64,000 bases of DNA from a virus (Duplodnaviria > Caudoviricetes). Positions 18,015 through 26,050 of this stretch are shown in pieces. The stretch is from positions 1 to 64,000 of IMG/VR virus record IMGVR_UViG_3300026088_000015; one strand, written 5' to 3'. How positions within the stretch are numbered: the stretch's first letter is position 1; every line of letters starts with the position of its first letter. The notes beneath the pieces were generated by a model. It saw only the letters and a program-made list of their open reading frames with translations, was not told the DNA's origin and made no database searches. The translations under genes were made by a program, and so were the position numbers.

Positions 18015-18177
18015 AAAAATTGCGTGGTACTCAGCCGTTTCGTATTCAGAGGTACGACCAAGCACCTATACACGGAAACAGACCAAGCCCACGCTTGCGT
18101 GTGCCATGTATCTGAATCCCGTGTATCTTTTAAATTTGGTCGTTTAGTGAATACGGATTCCGACTATCGCAATTTTT
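18015..18177 (-). promoter_or_regulatory. long nested-hairpin cis-regulatory leader with 13-aa uORF (18107->18066)
   Basis: Four nested perfect inverted-repeat pairs of 8-10 bp, plus uORF MAHASVGLVCFRV, upstream of the lipoprotein gene. Confidence 0.6.
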
Positions 18178-18240
18178 TTAAGTATTTTCTATATCTTCAA
18201 ATTCTGTTATTGATTTGTTATTGTAAATATAAGAATTTTT

Positions 18241-18654
18241 ATGCTTTCAGATAGAGAGGTTTTAGAAAAAATCAAACAGGGGAATGACTATAATAAAATG
18301 TATTTCCGTGAAGAAATAGGGGATTGGCTCCCGTTTTTGGAGCAATTAAGCGAAAAAGGATACGTTACGTATTTTACTCAAAATGCTCAGATAACAATTA
18401 CCCAATCAGGGAGAGATTATTTGACTACAATTACCAGCGGGAGCATATCAAATAACCACATAATAAATACCCAAGTGCCCATTGCTAACCAATTGGCGAT
18501 AAAACCAACTAACAACATTCGTAAAAACGTTTCAGATTTCTTTTCTTCCAATGGTAGAGACATAGTTAAGGATATTATAGTTGCTTTGAGTGTGCTGGCT
18601 ATTTCATCTTTTGTTGTGTGGATAGCAATGCTTATTTGGGATACAATTAAGTAG
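18241..18654 (+). CDS. winged-HTH-like protein with C-terminal TM anchor
   Basis: LEQLSEKGYV...ITITQSGRDYL wing motif and terminal hydrophobic helix IIVALSVLAISSFVVWIAMLIW. Confidence 0.6.
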   Translation: MLSDREVLEKIKQGNDYNKMYFREEIGDWLPFLEQLSEKGYVTYFTQNAQITITQSGRDYLTTITSGSISNNHIINTQVPIANQLAIKPTNNIRKNVSDFFSSNGRDIVKDIIVALSVLAISSFVVWIAMLIWDTIK

Positions 18655-18672
18655 CTCTTTGGAAATTGCCTC

Positions 18673-19596
18673 TCATGCCCTTTTTATCAATTCCCTGTAA
18701 GGTAAGCGTACATTACTTAATGTAACTGCATATTCCAACCGCTCAACCTCTGCCATCTTGCGAGTGTTGTAACGGAACGCAAACTCATTTGTATAGCGGT
18801 GCAAATGTTGTTTGCTGGCATGGTGATAAATACCATAGATACCACGTTTCATAAATCCCCAAAATCCCTCAAGGCTATTAGTATGGAAATTACCATTTAC
18901 AAATTGGCCTTTCTCATGATTAATAATAACGTGGTTAAATTCCTTTCCTAAATTAGAATACCCACCAAAGCCGTCGGTTATAAGCGTTGAATCTTTGGAG
19001 AGCATTTCTCTTATGATAGGTTTCAATGTAGAACCATTCGCCTCTGTTAAGACCTTTGTAACAACCTTACCGTTTCTTTGCAACATCCCGAAAACGGGAA
19101 CCTTGTTAACGTAGCCAGTACCTTTATTGATTCTCTTTTGCTCTGCCTGACTCTTATTTGCCTTGCGACCTCCTATATAGGTCTCGTCACATTCAACCTC
19201 GCCACTCAGATACTGTGGAGCATCTTGCTCTAACATTTTGCGAATCCTGGAAAGCATAAACCAAGCTGTCTTTTGTGTTACCCCAAGGTCTTTCCCTAAT
19301 TGATGAGAACTAACTCCCTTTTTATGTGAAGTGGTTAGATATAATGCAGCTAACCACGTAGTGAATTTGATGTTACTATTCTCAAATATCGTCCCGTACC
19401 TAACTGTGAATTTCTTGTAACACTTGTTATTTGCACACTTATATAATTCGCTATTCTTAAACTTGTATAACTTCTGACTCGCACAGTGTGGACACACTAG
19501 CTTGCCCTTCCATATTAAACTCTCTACGTACTCCCTAGCCTTATCCTCGGTATCGAAATACCGGATAAGCTCTGATAAGTTTCTAAAAGGTTTCAT
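18673..19596 (-). CDS. IS1595-family (ISXO2-like) DDE transposase
   Basis: Zn ribbon CPHC...YKC..C, HTH GVSSHQLGKDLGVTQKTAWFM, VECDETYIGG, ITDG, HTNSLEGFW, YTNEFAFRYN. Confidence 0.95.
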   Translation of the reverse strand: MKPFRNLSELIRYFDTEDKAREYVESLIWKGKLVCPHCASQKLYKFKNSELYKCANNKCYKKFTVRYGTIFENSNIKFTTWLAALYLTTSHKKGVSSHQLGKDLGVTQKTAWFMLSRIRKMLEQDAPQYLSGEVECDETYIGGRKANKSQAEQKRINKGTGYVNKVPVFGMLQRNGKVVTKVLTEANGSTLKPIIREMLSKDSTLITDGFGGYSNLGKEFNHVIINHEKGQFVNGNFHTNSLEGFWGFMKRGIYGIYHHASKQHLHRYTNEFAFRYNTRKMAEVERLEYAVTLSNVRLPYRELIKRA

Positions 19597-19649
19597 AGTT
19601 GTTAGTTTGAAAGTTAATAGTTACTTTGAAGTGCATTAATCTATTTTCT

Positions 19650-19952
19650 ATGACAAAACAAGCTACTGTATTTTATACCGATAACACCTCTTTGGATTTT
19701 GATATTATCCCATTGCAGAAACTCGACATTGATGGCGAATTTATCTATATGATCGTAGAAATGGACGGATTAGAATACTATCCATTAGAAATAAACCACA
19801 CAGACAATATAAAGGCATTAAGCGAATCTAAGTTTGAAGACGCAAGCCTGTTAAGTAAAGGAGCGACTCATTGGATGTTGTTCTTAGTTAAAACCTCAAT
19901 GAATGTTGAGCAGGTAACCACCCAACTTAAACTTAGATTCGGTATCCATTAA
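19650..19952 (+). CDS. hypothetical protein (track start 19626; ATG at 19650)
   Basis: Globular composition, divergent from the transposase. Confidence 0.55.
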   Translation: MTKQATVFYTDNTSLDFDIIPLQKLDIDGEFIYMIVEMDGLEYYPLEINHTDNIKALSESKFEDASLLSKGATHWMLFLVKTSMNVEQVTTQLKLRFGIH

Positions 19953-20176
19953 GTATATTTCTGGTCAGTCGTTCTGTCAATCCCATCATGGGTACGCTCT
20001 TCTTTTGGTACCCAAGGATGAATACATGTAATAGGAAGGCCATTAATTACAAATTGGGCAAATATCCCGCAACACTGAACCGTATTGGTGTAATCATAAT
20101 CCCTGAGCTTAGCTGTTAACTCTAGTATTCTCAGCCTAGCCTCTATTTTCGCTATTTCTAATTTCTCACCTTTCAT
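19949..20176 (-). CDS. hypothetical protein
   Basis: ATG start, convergent 4-nt overlap with the previous ORF. Confidence 0.5.
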   Translation of the reverse strand: MKGEKLEIAKIEARLRILELTAKLRDYDYTNTVQCCGIFAQFVINGLPITCIHPWVPKEERTHDGIDRTTDQKYT

Positions 20177-20217
20177 TTGGTCAAGGTACTATATCATAAC
20201 CAAAATAACAAGTATTG

Positions 20218-20248
20218 TTTGATTATTTAATTAATATTGTTACCTTTG
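20218..20248 (+). promoter_or_regulatory. Bacteroidota-type primary sigma promoter
   Basis: TTTG (20218-20221), 19-nt spacer, TACCTTTG (20241-20248), matching the -33/-7 consensus. Confidence 0.7.
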
Positions 20249-20415
20249 TTTTCGGCGTTCGCCGGAATTTTAGTTAAGAATGAATGAAAAGCTTGACCCT
20301 TTTTATTTGCAGATCAAGACTAATGCTAGTCGGACGGGCTGGCATTATTTGTTTTCACCCTCCCCGAAGGCGGGGATTACGCAATATCTCCTAATTTATC
20401 CAAAATCTTGACATT

Positions 20416-20580
20416 TTATCTCTCCCTGATAAACTTCATGCCGTCGATCAATACTAATGTATATACAATGCCCTTTACTGGCTTACCGTTGTTTGCAGCC
20501 TGCCTAACGGCTTGGTCTGTTACTCCCAACTCCCTGGCTACTGTACTAATTCGTTTGAGTGTGCTAATGTCTACTACCAT
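20416..20580 (-). CDS. 54-aa Cro/Xis-like HTH protein (absent from the ORF track)
   Basis: Hand translation MVVDISTLKRISTVARELGVTDQAVRQAANNGKPVKGIVYTLVLIDGMKFIRER, with HTH pattern VARELGVTDQAV. Confidence 0.7.
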   Translation of the reverse strand: MVVDISTLKRISTVARELGVTDQAVRQAANNGKPVKGIVYTLVLIDGMKFIRER

Positions 20581-20606
20581 AATCTCATAGGTTTTTGTTC
20601 CTGTTT

Positions 20607-20614
20607 CAAAGTTA
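20607..20614 (-). promoter_or_regulatory. -7 promoter element for the small HTH gene
   Basis: The reverse strand reads TAACTTTG (TAnnTTTG), 26 nt upstream of the ATG. Confidence 0.55.
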
Positions 20615-20711
20615 CAACAAAATAATTGATTTTTTATTGAAATTTTTCTCCCTTATTATCAGTGAGTTATAAAGTATTTTAAATATTTACCGTATAATAT
20701 GAAACATATTG

Positions 20712-20742
20712 TTTGGAGATTCGATATATAGTTGTATATTTG
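20712..20742 (+). promoter_or_regulatory. consensus Bacteroidota promoter heading the putative early operon
   Basis: TTTG (20712-20715), 19-nt spacer, TATATTTG (20735-20742). Confidence 0.75.
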
Positions 20743-20766
20743 AAACATCAAACAATTAAATATCTT

Positions 20767-20895
20767 ATGAAAAGCTGGACAATCTCAACTACAACAAACG
20801 GAGTACTAACAATAGCGGGATATAATTTCCCAGAGGCTATTAAATCTCTACCTAGTAACATAGGCAATATCATATCAATACAATCAGTTAAGTAA
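20767..20895 (+). CDS. 42-aa hypothetical protein
   Basis: The ATG at 20767 lies downstream of the promoter; the track start at 20713 overlaps the promoter. Confidence 0.5.
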   Translation: MKSWTISTTTNGVLTIAGYNFPEAIKSLPSNIGNIISIQSVK

Positions 20896-20923
20896 TTCAC
20901 CCTTTATAAACTCACTAAGCACA

Positions 20924-21295
20924 ATGAAAACTACTGCAAAATTGACCGATAAAATGCTGAAAAGATTGATCGAAACTATGGATAGTCCATTAGCTACCGA
21001 TGTGATTCAGGATATTATAGACACTTCTAAGGAAGATAGGATAAACTATATAGATGACGTTATTCATCATGGGTGTTCGTCTGGAATAGCGACTGGCCTG
21101 ATATACTATTCAGATACTCAGAAATTTTTTGACAAGCATTCAGACGAAATATTTGAGCTATTGGAAGACTATAAAGATTCCTATGGGGAGGAGTTTTCTA
21201 ACTACAAATCTGGCAACCGCAAAAATGATCTTGCGTGGTTTGCATACGAAACCATAATGGATAAAATAGCCAATGAGCTTGAGCTTGAATTTTAA
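20924..21295 (+). CDS. acidic Ocr-like early protein (putative DNA mimic)
   Basis: 123 aa, D/E-rich, motifs HGCSSG..GLIYYSDT and NDLAWFAYE. Confidence 0.5.
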   Translation: MKTTAKLTDKMLKRLIETMDSPLATDVIQDIIDTSKEDRINYIDDVIHHGCSSGIATGLIYYSDTQKFFDKHSDEIFELLEDYKDSYGEEFSNYKSGNRKNDLAWFAYETIMDKIANELELEF

Positions 21296-21301
21296 CTCAC
21301 T

Positions 21302-21320
21302 CCCTACTAAACTGGTAGGG
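21302..21320 (+). terminator. intergenic hairpin
   Basis: CCCTAC / GTAGGG stem just after the stop codon. No U-tract, so it may be a processing or stability hairpin. Confidence 0.4.
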
Positions 21321-21346
21321 TAATAGACAACCTTAAAACTACTGAT

Positions 21347-22120
21347 ATGGAAAAGAAATATAAAATTGAATTCGGAAAATCTAGGACTGGAACAGAAATG
21401 ATTAGAATTACTAATCAAATGGCAGGAATTGGGGCGTGTGATTATTTCATAAAAATGACGCCTAAAAGAGAAATAGTGAACGTTTACAATGACTATCATG
21501 AATTTTCACCAATAAATTACGGCTATAATTTAGCTGGAACCGAGGCCGGGGTGCTAGTTGACAACATTTGTAAACACCTGCAATCGTATAATTGCCTATT
21601 CAACGTGGGACCATCAGACGAATTATACGCAATTCGTGACGCTAAAATGCTTGCAACTTACTTAGGAAGATTTGAATATGATTTCACGCTCACTGAAGCG
21701 AAGGCAGAAATTAAGGAAAGCACGTATCTTAAGTACGTTTTAAGTGACCTTTTTGAAGAAAAAAGAAAAGCTGAAAGCCTCAAAAAATGTCTCGATTTAA
21801 TGCAAAACTATGGCACATTGGACACAAAAAAGATTGAAAAAATCAAAAAAGAGCGTGAAAAAGCTGCTTTAAAAGCTGAAAAATTGAGACTGAAATTGCG
21901 TAAAGAAAAAATTGCAGAGAACGTAAGGTCTTTAAAATTGAAAATGAAAGAAGGCTATACCCATATTGCAGTTGTTCGGGCATATTCCAATAAAGGGCGT
22001 AAATTTCATGGCGAAACGCTTGAATTTAGAAAAGAAAAACCAACGACTCGCAATTATTTCACGCTTGAAAAAGAAAATATTCAAAGAAATGCAGAGGGGC
22101 TGTTAGCTTACAATATTTAG
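21347..22120 (+). CDS. hypothetical early protein
   Basis: 257-aa ORF with K/E-rich middle region. Confidence 0.7.
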   Translation: MEKKYKIEFGKSRTGTEMIRITNQMAGIGACDYFIKMTPKREIVNVYNDYHEFSPINYGYNLAGTEAGVLVDNICKHLQSYNCLFNVGPSDELYAIRDAKMLATYLGRFEYDFTLTEAKAEIKESTYLKYVLSDLFEEKRKAESLKKCLDLMQNYGTLDTKKIEKIKKEREKAALKAEKLRLKLRKEKIAENVRSLKLKMKEGYTHIAVVRAYSNKGRKFHGETLEFRKEKPTTRNYFTLEKENIQRNAEGLLAYNI

Positions 22121-22161
22121 GGGTAACGACCAACCCCACCCCCTGAAAAGTAGTACGGGGG
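22120..22161 (+). terminator. tandem GC-rich hairpins
   Basis: GGGGT/ACCCC and CCCCC/GGGGG stems followed by ACCTTCTTT. Confidence 0.45.
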
Positions 22162-22220
22162 ACCTTCTTTACACAGGACAATTAAGTAAAATCAATTTCA
22201 CAATTTAAACTAAAAATATT

Positions 22221-22607
22221 ATGGCAACTAGATCAACAATCGCAGTAGAGCAGGAAGATGGAACAGTTAAGGCAGTATATTGTCATTTTGATGGATATTT
22301 GGAAGGCGTTGGAGCTAAATTGAAAGCATATTACAATACTCTTGAAAGAGCCAACGCACTTGTAGCACTGGGATCGATTAGCTGTTTACGTGAAAAATTA
22401 GAGGGTACTGAAAATCACACATTTGATACCCCTGAAGAAAATGTAACGATTGCTTACCACCGCGACAGAGGCGAGAAACTTACCCAGTACAATAGTAGAA
22501 GTATAAGTCACTGGACCAATAGCGGAAATTTTGAAGAGTATAATTACATCTTTCAAAATGGAGTTTGGAATCTCTGCGAAAAAGAAATTACCATTAAACC
22601 CTTTTAA
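22221..22607 (+). CDS. conserved phage hypothetical protein (YCHxDGY family)
   Basis: MATRSTI...VYCHFDGY..GVG..L...EEYNYIF. Confidence 0.8.
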   Translation: MATRSTIAVEQEDGTVKAVYCHFDGYLEGVGAKLKAYYNTLERANALVALGSISCLREKLEGTENHTFDTPEENVTIAYHRDRGEKLTQYNSRSISHWTNSGNFEEYNYIFQNGVWNLCEKEITIKPF

Positions 22608-22609
22608 CG

Positions 22610-22819
22610 ATGCTATTAATATTTGAAAGCAAGAAAGGGGCGGTATACGTTCACAACGGAAGCACCACCATCCGAATACGGAGAGGATGGTTTAATGACG
22701 CTGAAAAGTCTACTGAAGTTATAGGCTTTGATAAAAAGGTAATGGAGTTTGTGTATAAATCTAATTTATCGACCTTCAAATGTTCGGACTGTAAATACCA
22801 TGTTTTACTTAAACAATAA
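22610..22819 (+). CDS. hypothetical protein
   Basis: Operon position. Confidence 0.5.
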   Translation: MLLIFESKKGAVYVHNGSTTIRIRRGWFNDAEKSTEVIGFDKKVMEFVYKSNLSTFKCSDCKYHVLLKQ

Positions 22820-22825
22820 AATCTT

Positions 22826-23476
22826 ATGGGTTATTTGATATTCTTTCTACTGATCGTAATTCTGTCTATTTTTTCACTTTTAAAACCTGAATACTTCAAA
22901 TGGTTTAGGTTTCCAAAGCTTCCATCCTTCCCAAAATGGGAGTGGAAAAGAGTCCCAAAAGCCAACCCTTTACAATTGGAATTGGAATTTTGGAAACAAA
23001 GGGCAATCGCTGCAGAACTTGAGGCGAAGACCTGGCAAGAAAAAGCCCCTAAAATGGCCTTTGAAATGTTTGGCCAGTATAAAAACGAAGAACTGGTACG
23101 TATTAGGGAAGAACTTTATAAAAATGCAGACAAAAACGCTGAGGATAAATATAAGTTAGAACTTGAGCGCTGGAAGGAACAATGGGAACTTTATTTCAGG
23201 CAAGACGCAATACAACGAAGCCAAAGTGTAATTTTGGGTAAAGTTTCAGAGCATTTGATCCCGTTTTCAGGGGCTTTCCCTTTCAATCCGAAAGATGCAA
23301 GATTTATAGGCAGCCCGATAGATTTGATAGTATTTGATGGATGCGATGCTGAAGAGCCGATAACAATTTATATCATCGAAGTGAAAACCGGGAACTCAGG
23401 ACTCAGCACCAGACAGCGGACAATCCGGGAGGCGGTCGAAACTGGAAAAATAAAATGGCGAGAGATTCGGATATAA
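22826..23476 (+). CDS. endonuclease related to archaeal Holliday junction resolvase, with N-terminal TM and coiled coil
   Basis: SQSVILGKVSEHLIPF, DARFIGSPIDLIVFDG, IEVKTG...LS.RQ..IR.AV..G. Confidence 0.85.
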   Translation: MGYLIFFLLIVILSIFSLLKPEYFKWFRFPKLPSFPKWEWKRVPKANPLQLELEFWKQRAIAAELEAKTWQEKAPKMAFEMFGQYKNEELVRIREELYKNADKNAEDKYKLELERWKEQWELYFRQDAIQRSQSVILGKVSEHLIPFSGAFPFNPKDARFIGSPIDLIVFDGCDAEEPITIYIIEVKTGNSGLSTRQRTIREAVETGKIKWREIRI

Positions 23477-23647
23477 TATCCACACAGGACGGCCAGGTAA
23501 ATTTAAAATCAGGAAAACATGACAGAAACTTTAGATATTCAAAGAGAAAAATCCAGGACAAAAATTGTTCTGTGCCTCAATCACCCTTCTTTGAAGTATG
23601 AGGCTGTCACACTAACCATTTTCTTGCACAAAAACTAAAAAAGCATT

Positions 23648-23842
23648 ATGAGAAACGGAGAAGAAGTAAAGCGTATGCTGAAGAATTTTAGAACCCTTCT
23701 AATTCTTCATAAAATTGAACCTGAGAGCATCGTAGCAAAAACAATAGAGGAAGCTAGCGAGAGATCTGAGGAATTCTCTGAGGCTCTTAAAATAGAAATT
23801 GAGACTTACGGAAAGATTTTAAAAAAGGAGAAGGTATTATGA
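23648..23842 (+). CDS. hypothetical protein
   Basis: ATGA overlap with the next gene. Confidence 0.55.
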   Translation: MRNGEEVKRMLKNFRTLLILHKIEPESIVAKTIEEASERSEEFSEALKIEIETYGKILKKEKVL

Positions 23843-24186
23843 AAAATTTAAAAGTTATAAAAGTAGATTATGATTTTATTGAATTTGAAAACGGAGTTAA
23901 ATTGCATTCTGATCATCGCCAAGATTGTTGCGAAAATCATTATTTATCTTTTAGTGATTTGACATTAGAAGATTTTAAAGGACTTGAATTTGATTTAGGA
24001 AATGATGATTTCTTTAAAAGAATAGAAAATTATGGTATCGAATTGATTCCCATAGTAGGCTGGCCTATAAAAGTGCCAGGATATGGCAGTAACAATGGGT
24101 ATTACTCTTCTAATATGTCATTAATCTTAACCGATGATAAGGGATTTACCAAGGGATACGATATAACTGAATGTCAAAATTATTAA
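23839..24186 (+). CDS. conserved phage hypothetical protein
   Basis: HRQDCCENHY and GYGSNNGYYSS motifs. Confidence 0.7.
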   Translation: MKNLKVIKVDYDFIEFENGVKLHSDHRQDCCENHYLSFSDLTLEDFKGLEFDLGNDDFFKRIENYGIELIPIVGWPIKVPGYGSNNGYYSSNMSLILTDDKGFTKGYDITECQNY

Positions 24187-24193
24187 TATTACT

Positions 24194-24997
24194 ATGACAC
24201 TACTCGAAGCAATAATTGATAATAAAAACGTCACACCCTCAACTATGAAGAACTTAAAATCTCTTCAGAACTTTATGGCTGAGTTCCTGAACAAGGAAAT
24301 GAAGAAAAAAGACGTTCTACTTAAATCTGTTGACCAAACTTTTTGGAAAAAATTCCAAGAATTTTCCCTAAAAAAAGGCAGCAGTCACAACTATATCATC
24401 ACACAAGTTCGCTATCTAAATGCAATGGTGAAAAGAAATCAAGCTTTCTTTCAGATACCGACACCCATTAAAATTGTTTCTGGATCAAAGCCAAAGCACA
24501 AATTTCTGACTAAAGAACAAGTGGAGGCGATAAAGCAATCTGAGCCCTCATTATACAAAGACTGGTTTTTATTCCAGTGCTACACCGGGATGGCTTTCGA
24601 TGATCTTAAAAGGCTCAGCAAAAAATCTATTCTTGAAACTGAGGATGGGCCACTATTGGAGTACATTCGCGGGAAGACTGAGAAACGCTCAGGGGAGCCT
24701 TGTAGGCAACCTATCGACTTGAGGGCACTAGATATACTATTCAAGTACAAATACACATTCACAACGCCTTATTCAACGTATAACGACGGCTTGAAAAGGT
24801 TAGGAGAAGAGCTTGGATTCCCTCTTTCTACTCACATGGCCCGTCATACATTTGGAACCAACGCAGTAAGTGACGGCTGGCCTCTGGAACAAGTAAAAGT
24901 AATGATGGCTCACAGTTCCATTCTCACTACTCAGAGATATGCTTTTGCCAACACAAAAAGCCTGTTTGAAATGAAAAGAAAGATAGACTCAAAATAA
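24194..24997 (+). CDS. tyrosine recombinase/integrase, Bacteroidota type, no arm-binding domain evident
   Basis: FLFQCYTGMAFDDL, RGKT, LSTHMARHTFGT, MMAHSSILTTQRYA. Confidence 0.9.
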   Translation: MTLLEAIIDNKNVTPSTMKNLKSLQNFMAEFLNKEMKKKDVLLKSVDQTFWKKFQEFSLKKGSSHNYIITQVRYLNAMVKRNQAFFQIPTPIKIVSGSKPKHKFLTKEQVEAIKQSEPSLYKDWFLFQCYTGMAFDDLKRLSKKSILETEDGPLLEYIRGKTEKRSGEPCRQPIDLRALDILFKYKYTFTTPYSTYNDGLKRLGEELGFPLSTHMARHTFGTNAVSDGWPLEQVKVMMAHSSILTTQRYAFANTKSLFEMKRKIDSK

Positions 24998-25014
24998 ATC
25001 ATAAACTTCTTTTC

Positions 25015-25042
25015 TTTTATTGAAATATTATTGTTAGGTTTG
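25015..25042 (+). promoter_or_regulatory. repeated promoter motif, copy 3
   Basis: TTTTATTGAAATATTATTGT followed by TAGGTTTG (25035-25042). Confidence 0.7.
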
Positions 25043-25067
25043 TTTAAGATTTAAACCAATAAAAAAT

Positions 25068-25808
25068 ATGATATCTAAAATATTGAGTTTCGCTAAAAAG
25101 AAGGTCGCTGTTCCTATTGATGTTAATGCAATAATAGAGCAAATTCACCAAGAATTCTTTACAGCATCTGATCAGATTGTAAAGGAGGCCAATAGAATTA
25201 TAAATAACCTTCCTGTTACAAACGCTGATAAGGCCAGCAGGCTTCGTAGCATAGGATTTGGTAATACCTCAGAGGCGGTTGTAGACCTTCAAAGAAGGCA
25301 AATGGAAGGTTCTGCGCAAAGAAAGCTAGAGAACGTAATGTATTTTTCTAATACTTATCCTCAATACAGATATATTGATAACGATGCAATTGATAGGATT
25401 TGTACAAAATACAATCTTGTTTTTGGAAAAAGCAACAGATATAAGGGATTTGTTCCAGAAAAAAATCTTAGAGAGATAGAGCGGTTCAAGATAAAAGAAG
25501 AGGATTGTTTCTATACAGAAGAAACTCCTTATAGGACGCATGAGATAGATTTTGAGGAGTATAAAAAGCCGGAAGCAAATATGTACGGCATTCATTTATA
25601 TAGAAGAAAATCTATGGACAGCACACTTTACATCTGTGCTCCCCTAAAAGACATGGACACCGAAAATGCTAAGGTTGTAGGGAATAGAATAATAGAATTC
25701 CCTGATCCTATTGTCTTGAGAAGAGTAAGAAGTGGTGGGTATTTAATACTTACTGCGTGGGGAGCAGAGGCTAGTGACCCAGAAGTTATAAATAGTAAAA
25801 TGAATTAA
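25068..25808 (+). CDS. conserved Bacteroidota phage hypothetical protein
   Basis: IEQIHQEF, Y..KYP-like segment, PDPIVL...GYLILTAWGAEASDP. Confidence 0.7.
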   Translation: MISKILSFAKKKVAVPIDVNAIIEQIHQEFFTASDQIVKEANRIINNLPVTNADKASRLRSIGFGNTSEAVVDLQRRQMEGSAQRKLENVMYFSNTYPQYRYIDNDAIDRICTKYNLVFGKSNRYKGFVPEKNLREIERFKIKEEDCFYTEETPYRTHEIDFEEYKKPEANMYGIHLYRRKSMDSTLYICAPLKDMDTENAKVVGNRIIEFPDPIVLRRVRSGGYLILTAWGAEASDPEVINSKMN

Positions 25809-26050
25809 TAATCTTCATCTCTATCCGGTCCAAAGGCTTGGAACTTGTAACAAGGGGATCAGACCTCTATGCCTTGAAAGAGCAGGTAGCTAATGAGGGT
25901 TACAAGAGATTTGATGGCATTGTCAAAATCAGGCGAGTGTTTAAAGGGAAATAATTAACCTGATTCAAGTTGTCCCACCTGCCACCCATGAACATTAGGA
26001 GAGGCAATTGACAATGTAAAAACCATAGAGAAGCTTAACCTAAAATTCAA

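Larger units (their letters stand above)
16632..20201. mobile_element. IS1595-family element with probable passenger genes (ends not resolved)
   Basis: An intact IS1595 transposase is surrounded by mixed-orientation ORFs that interrupt an otherwise all-plus arm. No convincing TIR or DR pair was found, so the boundaries are approximate. Confidence 0.4.

Noticed and set aside
16455-20201. Possible IS1595 terminal inverted repeats (GGATAACATACAGTAGTGACCAA at 16455 vs reverse complement of the segment ending at 20201)
   Set aside because: The match needs a 2-nt gap and several mismatches, the left copy lies inside an ORF, and no flanking direct repeat is present.
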